Positions 1 to 8,383 of a stretch of 28,471 nucleotides of DNA are shown in pieces (within the stretch, counting starts at the first letter, position 1; each line of letters starts with the position of its first letter). This DNA is from Sulfurimonadaceae bacterium (lineage in GTDB: Bacteria > Campylobacterota > Campylobacteria > Campylobacterales > Sulfurimonadaceae), in the NCBI GenBank assembly GCA_041571435.1, contig JBFFUI010000030.1, positions 1 through 28,471 of the forward strand. Direction: 5' to 3'. The notes below the pieces were generated by a model that worked only from the letters and a program-made list of their open reading frames with translations, ran no database searches and had not been told where the DNA came from. The position numbers and the translations under genes were made by a program.

Positions 1-45
1 CTCAGCTTGGAAGGCTGACGCTCTAGCCAACTGAGCTACGCCCGC
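1..45 (-). tRNA. tRNA-Gly(TCC), 5' part, truncated by window edge
   Basis: Reverse complement GCGGGCGTAGCTCAGTTGGCTAGAGCGTCAGCCTTCCAAGCTGAG shows the D-arm and the anticodon arm with TCC. Confidence 0.93.
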
Positions 46-56
46 GTCATCATTGA

Positions 57-141
57 TGGTGGTGAGACCAGGAGTCGAACCTGGGAACCCATAGGGAGCA
101 GATTTACAGTCTGCCGTCGTTGGCCACTTGACTATCTCACC
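57..141 (-). tRNA. tRNA-Tyr(GTA)
   Basis: GGTGAGA...GCAGACTGTAAATCTGC, long variable arm, GGTTCGACTCC, ends ACCA; 85 nt. Confidence 0.96.
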
Positions 142-186
142 GTTGTATGTATTGGTCTAACACTGTTTCTAATACTCGAAATCAAA

Positions 187-263
187 TGGTGCCGACACGA
201 GGATTTGAACCCCGGGCCTGCTGATTACAAATCAGCTGCTCTAGCCAACTGAGCTATGTCGGC
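187..263 (-). tRNA. tRNA-Thr(TGT)
   Basis: GCCGACATAGCTCAGTTGG...GCTGATTTGTAATCAGC...GGTTCAAATCC...GGCACCA. The Thr-Tyr-Gly order matches the conserved tRNA cluster upstream of tuf. Confidence 0.96.
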
Positions 264-281
264 ATCTGAAATCGAGCTGCA

Positions 282-310
282 ATTATAGGCACTTTTGTTT
301 TCAATGTCAA
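282..310 (-). promoter_or_regulatory. sigma70 promoter of the tRNA cluster
   Basis: Perfect TTGACA (310-305), 17-bp spacer, TATAAT (287-282), 18 nt upstream of tRNA-Thr. Confidence 0.88.
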
Positions 311-321
311 GGGTTTTTTGA

Positions 322-1098
322 CTAAAAGTGAATTTTCTTGCCATCTTTTAAAATTTCGACCTGCCAGGCACCCTTGAAGCGCTCGATTTCACGCTCTATG
401 CTCTCTTTATACAGAGGTTTTATATGGTTGATATAGAGTTTGATCCCGCTGTTTTGCAGCGGTTTTAATGCATCAAAGAGCAACTCGGGTGTGAGGTGTT
501 TTGTCTCTTCAGCCAGTGCACGCATCTCCGAAGGAAAAGAGCACTCGATGACCAGGGCAGAGATCGTCTCATATCTTGCGACCAGGCCAAGTACCGCGTG
601 CAGATTATGCGTGTCAGCCGTTACAAGCAGACGGCTTGTGCCACGCGTGATCATGTAGCCACAGCTCTCTACCGTATGGTCTGTCGCAAACGGCTCGATA
701 CTGCTACCGCTGTCTAGGGCGTAACTCTCCCCTACAGTGATGGGTTCATACGTCAGTGCCATCTCGCCACCAGCTCGCAACTTGATCTTGGAAAAGTCCG
801 GCCAGATAACATCGTTCAGAAAATGTTGCTTTATTGCGTTGAGTGTAGCCGGCAGCCCGCACAGCCGAAGCGGCTTCTTGCGTACTTCAAAGTAGCTGTC
901 CAGCACATAGGCGATATCCACAATGTGGTCCAGGTGCGAATGGGTAAGCCATACAGTCTCGATCTCAGCGACCGTCGCTTTCAGAGGGCGCAGCAGATTT
1001 CCGGCATCGATCACGTTATGCGCATCGATCAGAAAGGCACTGGTCCCGCCTTCAAACCCTTTCGTGCCGTTGGCACCGAGTATGGTTATCGCAGGCAC
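322..1098 (-). CDS. Class II (metallo-beta-lactamase fold) 3',5'-cyclic-nucleotide phosphodiesterase
   Basis: N-terminal ILGANG, IDAG, LTHSHLDHI metal motif, HFLNDVIWPDF, IECSFP...HLTP, HIKP. GTG start 1 nt after the upstream stop. Confidence 0.85.
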   Translation of the reverse strand: MPAITILGANGTKGFEGGTSAFLIDAHNVIDAGNLLRPLKATVAEIETVWLTHSHLDHIVDIAYVLDSYFEVRKKPLRLCGLPATLNAIKQHFLNDVIWPDFSKIKLRAGGEMALTYEPITVGESYALDSGSSIEPFATDHTVESCGYMITRGTSRLLVTADTHNLHAVLGLVARYETISALVIECSFPSEMRALAEETKHLTPELLFDALKPLQNSGIKLYINHIKPLYKESIEREIERFKGAWQVEILKDGKKIHF

Positions 1099-1099
1099 T

Positions 1100-2203
1100 C
1101 TAGAACTCGTCTTTGAACGTTTCTCGAATCATCAGGAACTGGTCGAGGTTTTCAAAGAAGAGGTCAATGAGCTTCGGATCGAAATGTCTGCCTCTCTCCT
1201 TCTCGAAAAGGGTAAAGATCTTTTCATCATACCAGGCCTTTTTATAGGCACGGTCTGAACCCAAGGCATCAAACACATCTGCAACGGCCGTAATACGACC
1301 GTAAATATGTATCTCTTCGCCTTTGAGTTTATTGGGATAGCCGGTGCCATCGAACTTCTCATGATGTTGATGCGCGACAATCGCAGCTGCCTTGAGAAGC
1401 GTGCGCTCAGAGTTTTTCAGAATATTGTACCCTAGTTCGGTATGCTTGTTCATGATCCTCCGGTCCTCTTCGTCAAAACGTCCCGGTTTATTCAAGACGT
1501 CGTCGGGGATGGCGATCTTTCCCAGATCATGCATTGGCGAAGCGTCTTTCAAGAGTTCACACTCCTCTTCACTCAGTCCGTAAAGTTGTGCCAAAAGTCT
1601 TGAATACTCTGCTACCCTTCTGACGTGGTTACCGGTCTCTTTGGAACGGCTCTCCCCCGTGACACCCATAATATAGACCAGCTCTCTCTGCGTAGCATCG
1701 ATCTCTTCAAGCAGCAGCGATGATTCAACACTCTCAGCCACATACGTTGAGGCAAGGTTCAAGTAACGCAGGTCCTCTTCGCTGAAACCCGCGTCACCCT
1801 GTTTATTGATCACCTGCATCGCACCGATCACCTCATCCTTGGAGTTGTGCATCGGAATGACCATCATCGTCTCAGTTTTATACCCGGTCTCTATGTCTAC
1901 ACTGTCGTTAAAATGCGGATCGGCGTAGACATCGTTGATGATCATGGCGCGCTTTTGCACTATGGCATTGCCGACGATCCCACTGTCGGCCGGAATCATG
2001 ATAGAGTCCACACCCTGTGCGACTTTAGTCCACAACTTTGCTTTCTTTTTGTCAAGCACCCAGACACTGCAGCGATCGGCAGAGACGATATCACGCCCCA
2101 TCTCGGCCAACTCCGGTAAAAGTTCAGTATGACCGCGTATCGTTGCGATCTTGCTAACATACCCCAGGATAAGCTCCAACAACTCATCGGCATTTCGTCT
2201 CAT
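1100..2203 (-). CDS. GAF domain + HD-GYP cyclic-dinucleotide phosphodiesterase
   Basis: GAF (ADRCSVW...DVYADPHFN...VINK...FSEED) followed by ETGNHVRRV, MHDLGK, HHEKFDGTGYP, ADVFDAL. Start moved from 2341 to ATG 2203 (GGGAG upstream); ATG 2209 is an alternative. Confidence 0.9.
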   Translation of the reverse strand: MRRNADELLELILGYVSKIATIRGHTELLPELAEMGRDIVSADRCSVWVLDKKKAKLWTKVAQGVDSIMIPADSGIVGNAIVQKRAMIINDVYADPHFNDSVDIETGYKTETMMVIPMHNSKDEVIGAMQVINKQGDAGFSEEDLRYLNLASTYVAESVESSLLLEEIDATQRELVYIMGVTGESRSKETGNHVRRVAEYSRLLAQLYGLSEEECELLKDASPMHDLGKIAIPDDVLNKPGRFDEEDRRIMNKHTELGYNILKNSERTLLKAAAIVAHQHHEKFDGTGYPNKLKGEEIHIYGRITAVADVFDALGSDRAYKKAWYDEKIFTLFEKERGRHFDPKLIDLFFENLDQFLMIRETFKDEF

Positions 2204-2312
2204 TTTCATCTCCCGAATATATACATCTCTGTAGAGCTTCTTTAATCTTATTTCACAAGTGTAACTAATTTTCTCTAGCAGACAAAGAAAATACCAATAC
2301 GTTATAATAGGA

Positions 2313-2330
2313 TTTGTCTCTAACGACAAA
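2313..2330. promoter_or_regulatory. Inverted repeat TTTGTC-N6-GACAAA, candidate transcription-factor site
   Basis: Perfect 6-bp arms in the divergent intergenic region; degenerate copy at about 2269-2286. Confidence 0.4.
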
Positions 2331-2377
2331 CACTGTATCATTTTTTTTAATATTATCCCAAAAACACAAGGCTGAAA

Positions 2378-3262
2378 ATGCGTTTTATACTTCTTATGTT
2401 TCTCATCATCTCTTCTACATACGGGGCGAATGCTTTCATCTCTGCGGATGCGCTTAACGCACTTATGAAAGAGAAGGAGATCGTGATCATCGATGTAGGC
2501 TCAAAAGAGGACTATCTGCAAGGCCACGTGCCCGGAGCCGTACATACTGACATCTCAGTATGGCGCGAACCTGTTGAAAAACACCAGTTGATGCGTTCAA
2601 GCAGAAAGATCGAAACAGCCATGCAAGAGCTCGGTATCAATAACGACTCCCAGGTTGTCATCTACGGTCACAACAAAGGTAAAGAGCCTCTCAAGTCCAG
2701 CTACATCGCAATGGCAATGATCATTCACGGTCTTAACGAGGTCTCTATCCTCGACGGTGCGTATGAGGAGTGGATCGACGATCCGGAAAGAGCCGTCTCA
2801 AAAAAGAGCCCTATCAGGATCCTGGGCAACTTTAAAGCCAAAAAGAACCCAAACATTCTTGTCAACATGGCTTATGTCAAACAAAGAATCAACAAGATTC
2901 CGATGCTTGAAGCGCGGCCTGCACTCTTTTACTACGGATCACTGAGAAGCCAGGGCGTTAAACGTATTGGTCATATTCCCAAAGCGATGAGCAGCTACTG
3001 GAAAGACAAGTTTGAGATCGACGGTACGCTTAAAAATGACGAGATACTCAACGAGATCTTTATAGACGGTTACAATCTCAATCCGGACAAAGAGGTCATT
3101 TTATACTGCACCGGCGGCCTTGAGGCCTCGATGAACTGGTACATTCTCGCGCAACACCTCAACTTTTCCAAGGCCAAGCTCTATGATGCTTCCCTGCGCG
3201 AATGGGCCAATCGTGATGACACCCCTCTAGTCCGATACAAGTGGGAGATTTTCGGATATTAA
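2378..3262 (+). CDS. Exported two-domain rhodanese / sulfurtransferase (SseA/TST-like)
   Basis: Signal peptide (MRFILLMFLIISSTYGA), YLQGHVPGAV, ILDG, GHIPKA, active-site YCTGG, C-terminal LYDASLREW. Confidence 0.9.
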   Translation: MRFILLMFLIISSTYGANAFISADALNALMKEKEIVIIDVGSKEDYLQGHVPGAVHTDISVWREPVEKHQLMRSSRKIETAMQELGINNDSQVVIYGHNKGKEPLKSSYIAMAMIIHGLNEVSILDGAYEEWIDDPERAVSKKSPIRILGNFKAKKNPNILVNMAYVKQRINKIPMLEARPALFYYGSLRSQGVKRIGHIPKAMSSYWKDKFEIDGTLKNDEILNEIFIDGYNLNPDKEVILYCTGGLEASMNWYILAQHLNFSKAKLYDASLREWANRDDTPLVRYKWEIFGY

Positions 3263-3263
3263 A

Positions 3264-5756
3264 ATGTCACGAAACGCAACCTTTCTTCAGCTCTTTGCAC
3301 TTTTCGTCTTACTGAGCTTTTTGCCGGCGAGCTATTTTCTACACAACGGTACAGCCCTTGTCTGGACGGCCGTGATCCCGACTATCCCTCTATTTATTGT
3401 CGTGATCGGGTTTAACCGCTGGCGGAAGCTCTGCCCGCTTGCCCAGATAGCGGCCGTAAGTCAGTTCCTGCAGTGGATTCCAAAGCGCAATATCCCGGTG
3501 TGGTTTGAAAAGAACTACTACAAGTTTCAGTTCACCCTGCTTTTTTTGACACTGAGTGCCCGTCTGCTGCTGCTGAATTTCGACGGCACCGTTCTCGCCC
3601 TCTTCTTCCTTGCCATTTTCGCCCTGGCTTTTTTGACCAACCTTCTCTATGCCGGTAAAACCTGGTGTAACTTTTTCTGTCCTGTCGGTGTGGTTGAAAA
3701 GATCTACTGCGGCTCTAACGCGCTTTTGAGTCACCAGACCTCTGCCTGCAGCAGCTGTGTCGCCTGCAAAAACAACTGCCCCGACATCGATCTTGAAAAA
3801 GGGTATTGGAAAGAGAACAGTGACATGGATAAACGTATGGTCTTTTACGCTTTTGCCGGTCTTATCTTGGGCTTTTATGTCTACTACTATGCAATAAGCG
3901 GCTCATGGGACTACTATTTTGAAGGGACATGGTCCAATCCTGCTCTGGCCTACAGCGATCTTATGTCATCGGGGTTTTTCTTTCTGCCGGCCATCCCAAA
4001 GGTGATCGCAGCACCATTGACGCTTCTCTTTTTCTCTTATCTAAGCTACCACCTCTTTGCAAACCTCGAAAAACTTTTACCGCATTTCAAATGGGCGAAG
4101 AACAAAGATGACAAGAGCATTGAACACATCGTTAAGACCATCGCAGCCTTTACGGCCTTTAACATCTTCTATCTTTTTGCCGGTGCACCGACCTTTAACG
4201 ACTATCCCCGCTTTTATACGCTGTTTCATTTTATCGTGATCGTCGTCTCATCTATCATACTCTGGAAAGAGATCTTCAGAGAGGAGCGTTTCTACCTGCA
4301 GGAGCGCTTTGCAAAACAGATCCTTAAAAAGTGGAAAGGGCCCGGACCGGCACCGAGCAACCTGAAAGAGATCTACTACACCTATGCCACGCAGCAGGAG
4401 AACCAACAGGGGAAACTTGAACTCTACAAAGATACGGTCCTTGAACTGCTTAGTGACGGTACGCTGAGTAAAGAGCACTTTAGCTTGCTGGACAAGATCA
4501 GAGAACAGCTCGGACTTACCGAGCAAGAGCACAACAAGGTCCTTCGATCACTCAGACGCGATAACAGTGCACTCTTTGATGAAGAGAACGCGCTCTCTTC
4601 CGAAAAGATCTATCAGCTTAAGATCTATAAAGAGTACCTGCAGGAGTTGCTTGAACAAGAGGTCCATGCCGATGTGTTCCAAAAAGTGCAAAAGCGCTTT
4701 CATATCAGTGATGAGGAGCATCTGCGCATCTACAATGACCTTGTTCACAGTAACAACAACCTGGAGAACCGGGTTACGAACAAACTCAAAGAGCTTCAGC
4801 AGAGTGCTAAACTCATCGGAGCACTTTCGTTCAACCCAAAAGAGAAGAGCACCGCTTATCTGCGCTTTATACTCGTCAACAGCTTTGAAAAGAAGTTTGA
4901 ACTGTTATGCAATGCATTGACACTCCTTTCGCCTCAGGACAAAGAAGCGCTTGCCGCACTCAACATAGAGATACGCCACTATCTTGACCGCGATGTCAAT
5001 GACCCTGTAGAGATCACTCTGCCGACACTGCACGCTGAACAGTACAACATCAAACTGCATCTTATACTCGACGCCCTGCAGGATGTCGTGATGTATGATA
5101 TGCAGAGGCTTGCCATCCTTATCCGTGAAGCGCTTGCTTTTCAAGAAGAGGAGCTGACAGCCGCTATACTCTACTATTTTTATCATCATCAGCTCTACGA
5201 CATCATCGATTACCGCCCTTACATCAGTAACGAGTGCAGCCTCATCTCCGAGATCACAAGAGTGATCAAAGAGAAAAGCCGCTCGATCACCCAAGTCGAG
5301 ATCATGGCCTATCTCCACAGTGTACCGCTCTTCAGCAGCTTAAAGCCCGAAGTGCTCTATGAGCTCTCCCAGGAGACAAAAAAAGTGACGTTCCAAGATG
5401 GCAGTCCCATTATTAGACAGGGGGATGACGGTGACGCGTTTTATATCATCACAGAGGGCTCTGCCGAGGTCATCATTGACAAACACGGCACACACTCCTC
5501 CCTGGCACACTTGAAAGAGGGGGACTATATCGGTGAAGTCAGTATCGTCTCGCACACCAAAAGAACGGCGACGGTCACAGCCATGGGCGACGTCCAGACC
5601 TTACGGCTCTCTGCAGAAGCTTTTGAAAGAATGCTGGAGAACAACCCGCACCTTGCACTGCGTATTATGAGAGAGATCACCGGCAGACTGCTTGAACAGA
5701 GCAATATCGACAATGGCCAGGACGAGCCCTTCCCTCTCAGAGAAGCACTTAATTGA
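3264..5756 (+). CDS. Polytopic membrane 4Fe-4S protein (NapH/CcoG-like) with C-terminal cNMP-binding domain
   Basis: Many hydrophobic helices; WRKLCP, WCNFFCPVG and CSSCVACKNNCP motifs; C-terminal IIRQGDDGDAFYII..G.AEV...GEVSIV...RTATV. Confidence 0.82.
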   Translation: MSRNATFLQLFALFVLLSFLPASYFLHNGTALVWTAVIPTIPLFIVVIGFNRWRKLCPLAQIAAVSQFLQWIPKRNIPVWFEKNYYKFQFTLLFLTLSARLLLLNFDGTVLALFFLAIFALAFLTNLLYAGKTWCNFFCPVGVVEKIYCGSNALLSHQTSACSSCVACKNNCPDIDLEKGYWKENSDMDKRMVFYAFAGLILGFYVYYYAISGSWDYYFEGTWSNPALAYSDLMSSGFFFLPAIPKVIAAPLTLLFFSYLSYHLFANLEKLLPHFKWAKNKDDKSIEHIVKTIAAFTAFNIFYLFAGAPTFNDYPRFYTLFHFIVIVVSSIILWKEIFREERFYLQERFAKQILKKWKGPGPAPSNLKEIYYTYATQQENQQGKLELYKDTVLELLSDGTLSKEHFSLLDKIREQLGLTEQEHNKVLRSLRRDNSALFDEENALSSEKIYQLKIYKEYLQELLEQEVHADVFQKVQKRFHISDEEHLRIYNDLVHSNNNLENRVTNKLKELQQSAKLIGALSFNPKEKSTAYLRFILVNSFEKKFELLCNALTLLSPQDKEALAALNIEIRHYLDRDVNDPVEITLPTLHAEQYNIKLHLILDALQDVVMYDMQRLAILIREALAFQEEELTAAILYYFYHHQLYDIIDYRPYISNECSLISEITRVIKEKSRSITQVEIMAYLHSVPLFSSLKPEVLYELSQETKKVTFQDGSPIIRQGDDGDAFYIITEGSAEVIIDKHGTHSSLAHLKEGDYIGEVSIVSHTKRTATVTAMGDVQTLRLSAEAFERMLENNPHLALRIMREITGRLLEQSNIDNGQDEPFPLREALN

Positions 5757-5790
5757 GCGACTGTTCCCCCCCCCGGTTCACTGCAGTTGC
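5757..5790 (+). terminator. Probable hairpin after the cNMP/4Fe-4S gene, with a C9 tract
   Basis: GCGACTG...CAGTTGC arms; no clear U-tract. Confidence 0.3.
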
Positions 5791-5857
5791 GCATCAGTAT
5801 CCCCTGATGTCGACTATAGCGATGACTTTTGGCTATAATTTCCGAAAAAGAGTTTAG

Positions 5858-6592
5858 ATGCTATATACCCTTTTCTCCCCCTCTGAAGGCAAGCGTGTCG
5901 GTGGTGATATGCCGACGGAAGAGAGTGATATACTATTTGGCTATACGGCCAGGAGAGAGATACTCACGGCCTACAACACCATTGTAAACTCCGGAGAGAT
6001 GGCGGCACTCAAAGCCCTTTTCGGTATCAAAAAAGAGAGTGACATCACCCCTTATATCGAAGATCTTTTCACCGCGCCGAAGATGGCTGCCATAGAGCGC
6101 TATAGCGGCGTGGCGTTTGATTATCTGGATATCATGAGCCTGGATGCGGAGGCGCAGGCGTACCTGAAAAAACAGGTGATCATCTTCTCAAATCTCTACG
6201 GGCCGATCCTCGGCGGCGATAAGATCGCCAACTACAAGGTCAAACAGGGCAACAGCATCGGCTCGATCGCTCCGGAGAAGTTTTATAACGATCGGTTCAG
6301 CTATCAGCTTGACCTCTTATTGATGGACCACGAGATCCTCGACCTGCGCGCCGGCTATTACGACAAATTCTACAAGACTAAACAAGAGTACACCACGCTC
6401 AAGTTTTTAAAAGGCGGCAAGACAGTCAGTCACTGGGCAAAGGCCTACAGAGGTATCGTCTTGCGCACACTTGCGCAGCACCAGGTCGACACTATCGACG
6501 ACTTTATGAAACTGGAGATCGAAAAACTTCAGGTCGAAGAGATCCGCAAGGTTAAGAACAAGACGGAGATCATCTACTCCATCATCGATTAA
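5858..6592 (+). CDS. yaaA: YaaA family (peroxide-stress) protein
   Basis: FSPSEGK, AIERYSGVAFDYLD, IFSNLYG, VSHWAKAYRG; TATAAT at 5834-5839. Confidence 0.88.
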   Translation: MLYTLFSPSEGKRVGGDMPTEESDILFGYTARREILTAYNTIVNSGEMAALKALFGIKKESDITPYIEDLFTAPKMAAIERYSGVAFDYLDIMSLDAEAQAYLKKQVIIFSNLYGPILGGDKIANYKVKQGNSIGSIAPEKFYNDRFSYQLDLLLMDHEILDLRAGYYDKFYKTKQEYTTLKFLKGGKTVSHWAKAYRGIVLRTLAQHQVDTIDDFMKLEIEKLQVEEIRKVKNKTEIIYSIID

Positions 6593-7248
6593 TCGCCTTT
6601 TTCACTCCGTATCGTAATCGAGACCAGTTTGGCAATGACGATCGCCAGATAGAGCTGCCCGAAAACCGCTTCGATGACGGCGAGCATGCGTGCCTGCGAG
6701 CTCTGTGCCACAATATCCCCATACCCCAGTGTCGTAATCGTTGTATAAGAGTAGTAGGTAAACATCTCCAGCACACTGTGACCGCTCTCATAAGCAGGCA
6801 GATGAAAGGCTTGTGCATCAAAATAGTAGAGCACAACATAAAGATATGCCCAGATCAATCCGGCGACAAGATAGATGTTGACGGCCCCGAAGATCGTGTT
6901 GGTGTCGATCTTGTAGGCGTGTATCATGTCGATGACAATGAGATACTGCAGATAGAGAAAGAAGAGCACCATGCTCATATGCGACGCAACAAACGTGTAA
7001 TCATTCTGCAGCACCCCGTCCAGCCACGTCGTGATCAGAGCCGGAATCACAAAAAGCATATCGATCAGGTAGAGGTTTCGCGTATGGCGGGCACTGAAGA
7101 CCAGATAAACCATCACGAACGTATATTGCCCCAGCAGTGCGAAGCGAAGCAGCGGCATCGCGTTGATAAACGGTAACAGCACCAACACGACTATCAGTGA
7201 AAAGAAGAGGATGTAGTTGTCGTACTTGCGACTCAATAAAAGCTTCAT
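6589..7248 (-). CDS. Potassium channel family protein
   Basis: Selectivity filter TTLGYGD flanked by TM helices, with extra N-terminal TMs. Confidence 0.88.
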   Translation of the reverse strand: MKLLLSRKYDNYILFFSLIVVLVLLPFINAMPLLRFALLGQYTFVMVYLVFSARHTRNLYLIDMLFVIPALITTWLDGVLQNDYTFVASHMSMVLFFLYLQYLIVIDMIHAYKIDTNTIFGAVNIYLVAGLIWAYLYVVLYYFDAQAFHLPAYESGHSVLEMFTYYSYTTITTLGYGDIVAQSSQARMLAVIEAVFGQLYLAIVIAKLVSITIRSEKGD

Positions 7249-7258
7249 GTGCTTCCTT

Positions 7259-8383
7259 TTAACGTGAAATACTCAGCCCGAAACCGACCTGGTTGACGTG
7301 CCTGTCATAATCGATCAGGCTCTGCCCGTACCCGCTGAATGCCTGCAGGTAGAAGAAGATATTGTCACTCAGCGGTACAGGATAGCTCATCTCAAGTTCC
7401 CCCGAGGTGTTTTTGCTATCAAGACTGTAGCGCAGTGTCAGACGGCTCAACAGGTTACCGCTGATGTAGCCCAGTTTCAGTGCGCCGTCACCGTAAAAGT
7501 CGGTGATGTTCGGGTTATCGTTGCTCGCATACTCTTCTCGCATACGATGCCACAACGTCAACTCGGCAAATAGGTTTTTCCACTGAAAGTAGCTGCGGAT
7601 ATACAGACGGTTCCACGAACGCGACTGCGAATCGCGATAAGGACCGTCTGTATATTCGCGTGTCGCATTGAGATCGTTACCCGGCTGACCGTTCGATGCG
7701 TGCTTGTAACCCAATGCGACCGCCTTCAGACCGATAGCGTCAAGTTTGCGGAAAAAGGGAAACGTGACAAAGATCTCCGGTTTGTAATTGCTCTCTCTGA
7801 AGGGGGATGAGTCTATGAAAAGCTGCCAGTACGAGGTCTGGGTATAGGCGCCCGTCCACATCTGTGTAAACCCCCACCACTCCGTCACATAATCGGCACG
7901 CATCGAGATTTGGAACTTGGTCTCGGTGTTGATGTAAAGAGAATCCTGCAGCGCAGGGTCACCGCGGGGGACATTTTCGCTATAGGAGACGACCCAGTAG
8001 TTCGGTTCGTATGCACGCAGACCGAATTTTCCGTTGGCCGACTGCACCAGGGTGTGGGTCGACTCTTCGCTGTCAAGCGGGTCCAGGTTGCTGTAGAGCG
8101 TTTCATAGATCGTCTCTATGTTGCTTTTGTCGATCTCCCACTGGGCCGCTTTTTTGTACCAGAAGATCGCGGCCTTCGGGTCGGCTTCGACCCCCATGCC
8201 GTTTTCATACATCCAGCCCAGTTTGTAGGCGGTCTCCGGGTTTTCATGCTGACGGCTGTACTCCATATAGATCACAAAAGCCTTCGCATACGCTTCGTTT
8301 TCAAAATGGAGCTCCGCTTCGTGCAGCTGCTCGTCGGCATTCAACGTGATGGCAAGCAGAAGAAGAAAAAGAACACGAAACAT
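7259..8383 (-). CDS. pldA: Outer-membrane phospholipase A with N-terminal Sel1-like repeat
   Basis: ETKFQIS, YTQTSYWQ, SSPFRESNYKPE, HASNG...SRSWNR, GYGQSLIDY. Sel1 motif AYKLGWMYENGMGVEADPKAAIFWYKKAA. Confidence 0.92.
   Translation of the reverse strand: MFRVLFLLLLAITLNADEQLHEAELHFENEAYAKAFVIYMEYSRQHENPETAYKLGWMYENGMGVEADPKAAIFWYKKAAQWEIDKSNIETIYETLYSNLDPLDSEESTHTLVQSANGKFGLRAYEPNYWVVSYSENVPRGDPALQDSLYINTETKFQISMRADYVTEWWGFTQMWTGAYTQTSYWQLFIDSSPFRESNYKPEIFVTFPFFRKLDAIGLKAVALGYKHASNGQPGNDLNATREYTDGPYRDSQSRSWNRLYIRSYFQWKNLFAELTLWHRMREEYASNDNPNITDFYGDGALKLGYISGNLLSRLTLRYSLDSKNTSGELEMSYPVPLSDNIFFYLQAFSGYGQSLIDYDRHVNQVGFGLSISR

Noticed and set aside
2204-2341. N-terminal extension of the GAF-HD-GYP ORF
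   Set aside because: AT-rich promoter-like DNA; RBS and domain start fit ATG 2203/2209.
322-5756. CBASS/Pycsar-like anti-phage system (MBL, cNMP-binding and TM domains)
   Set aside because: No cyclase or CD-NTase is present; the MBL has class II PDE motifs and the TM protein has ferredoxin motifs. Not formally excluded.
264-5800. Genomic island integrated at the tRNA cluster
   Set aside because: The genes lie on the 5'/promoter side of the tRNAs, with no integrase, no duplicated tRNA 3' end and no obvious compositional shift.
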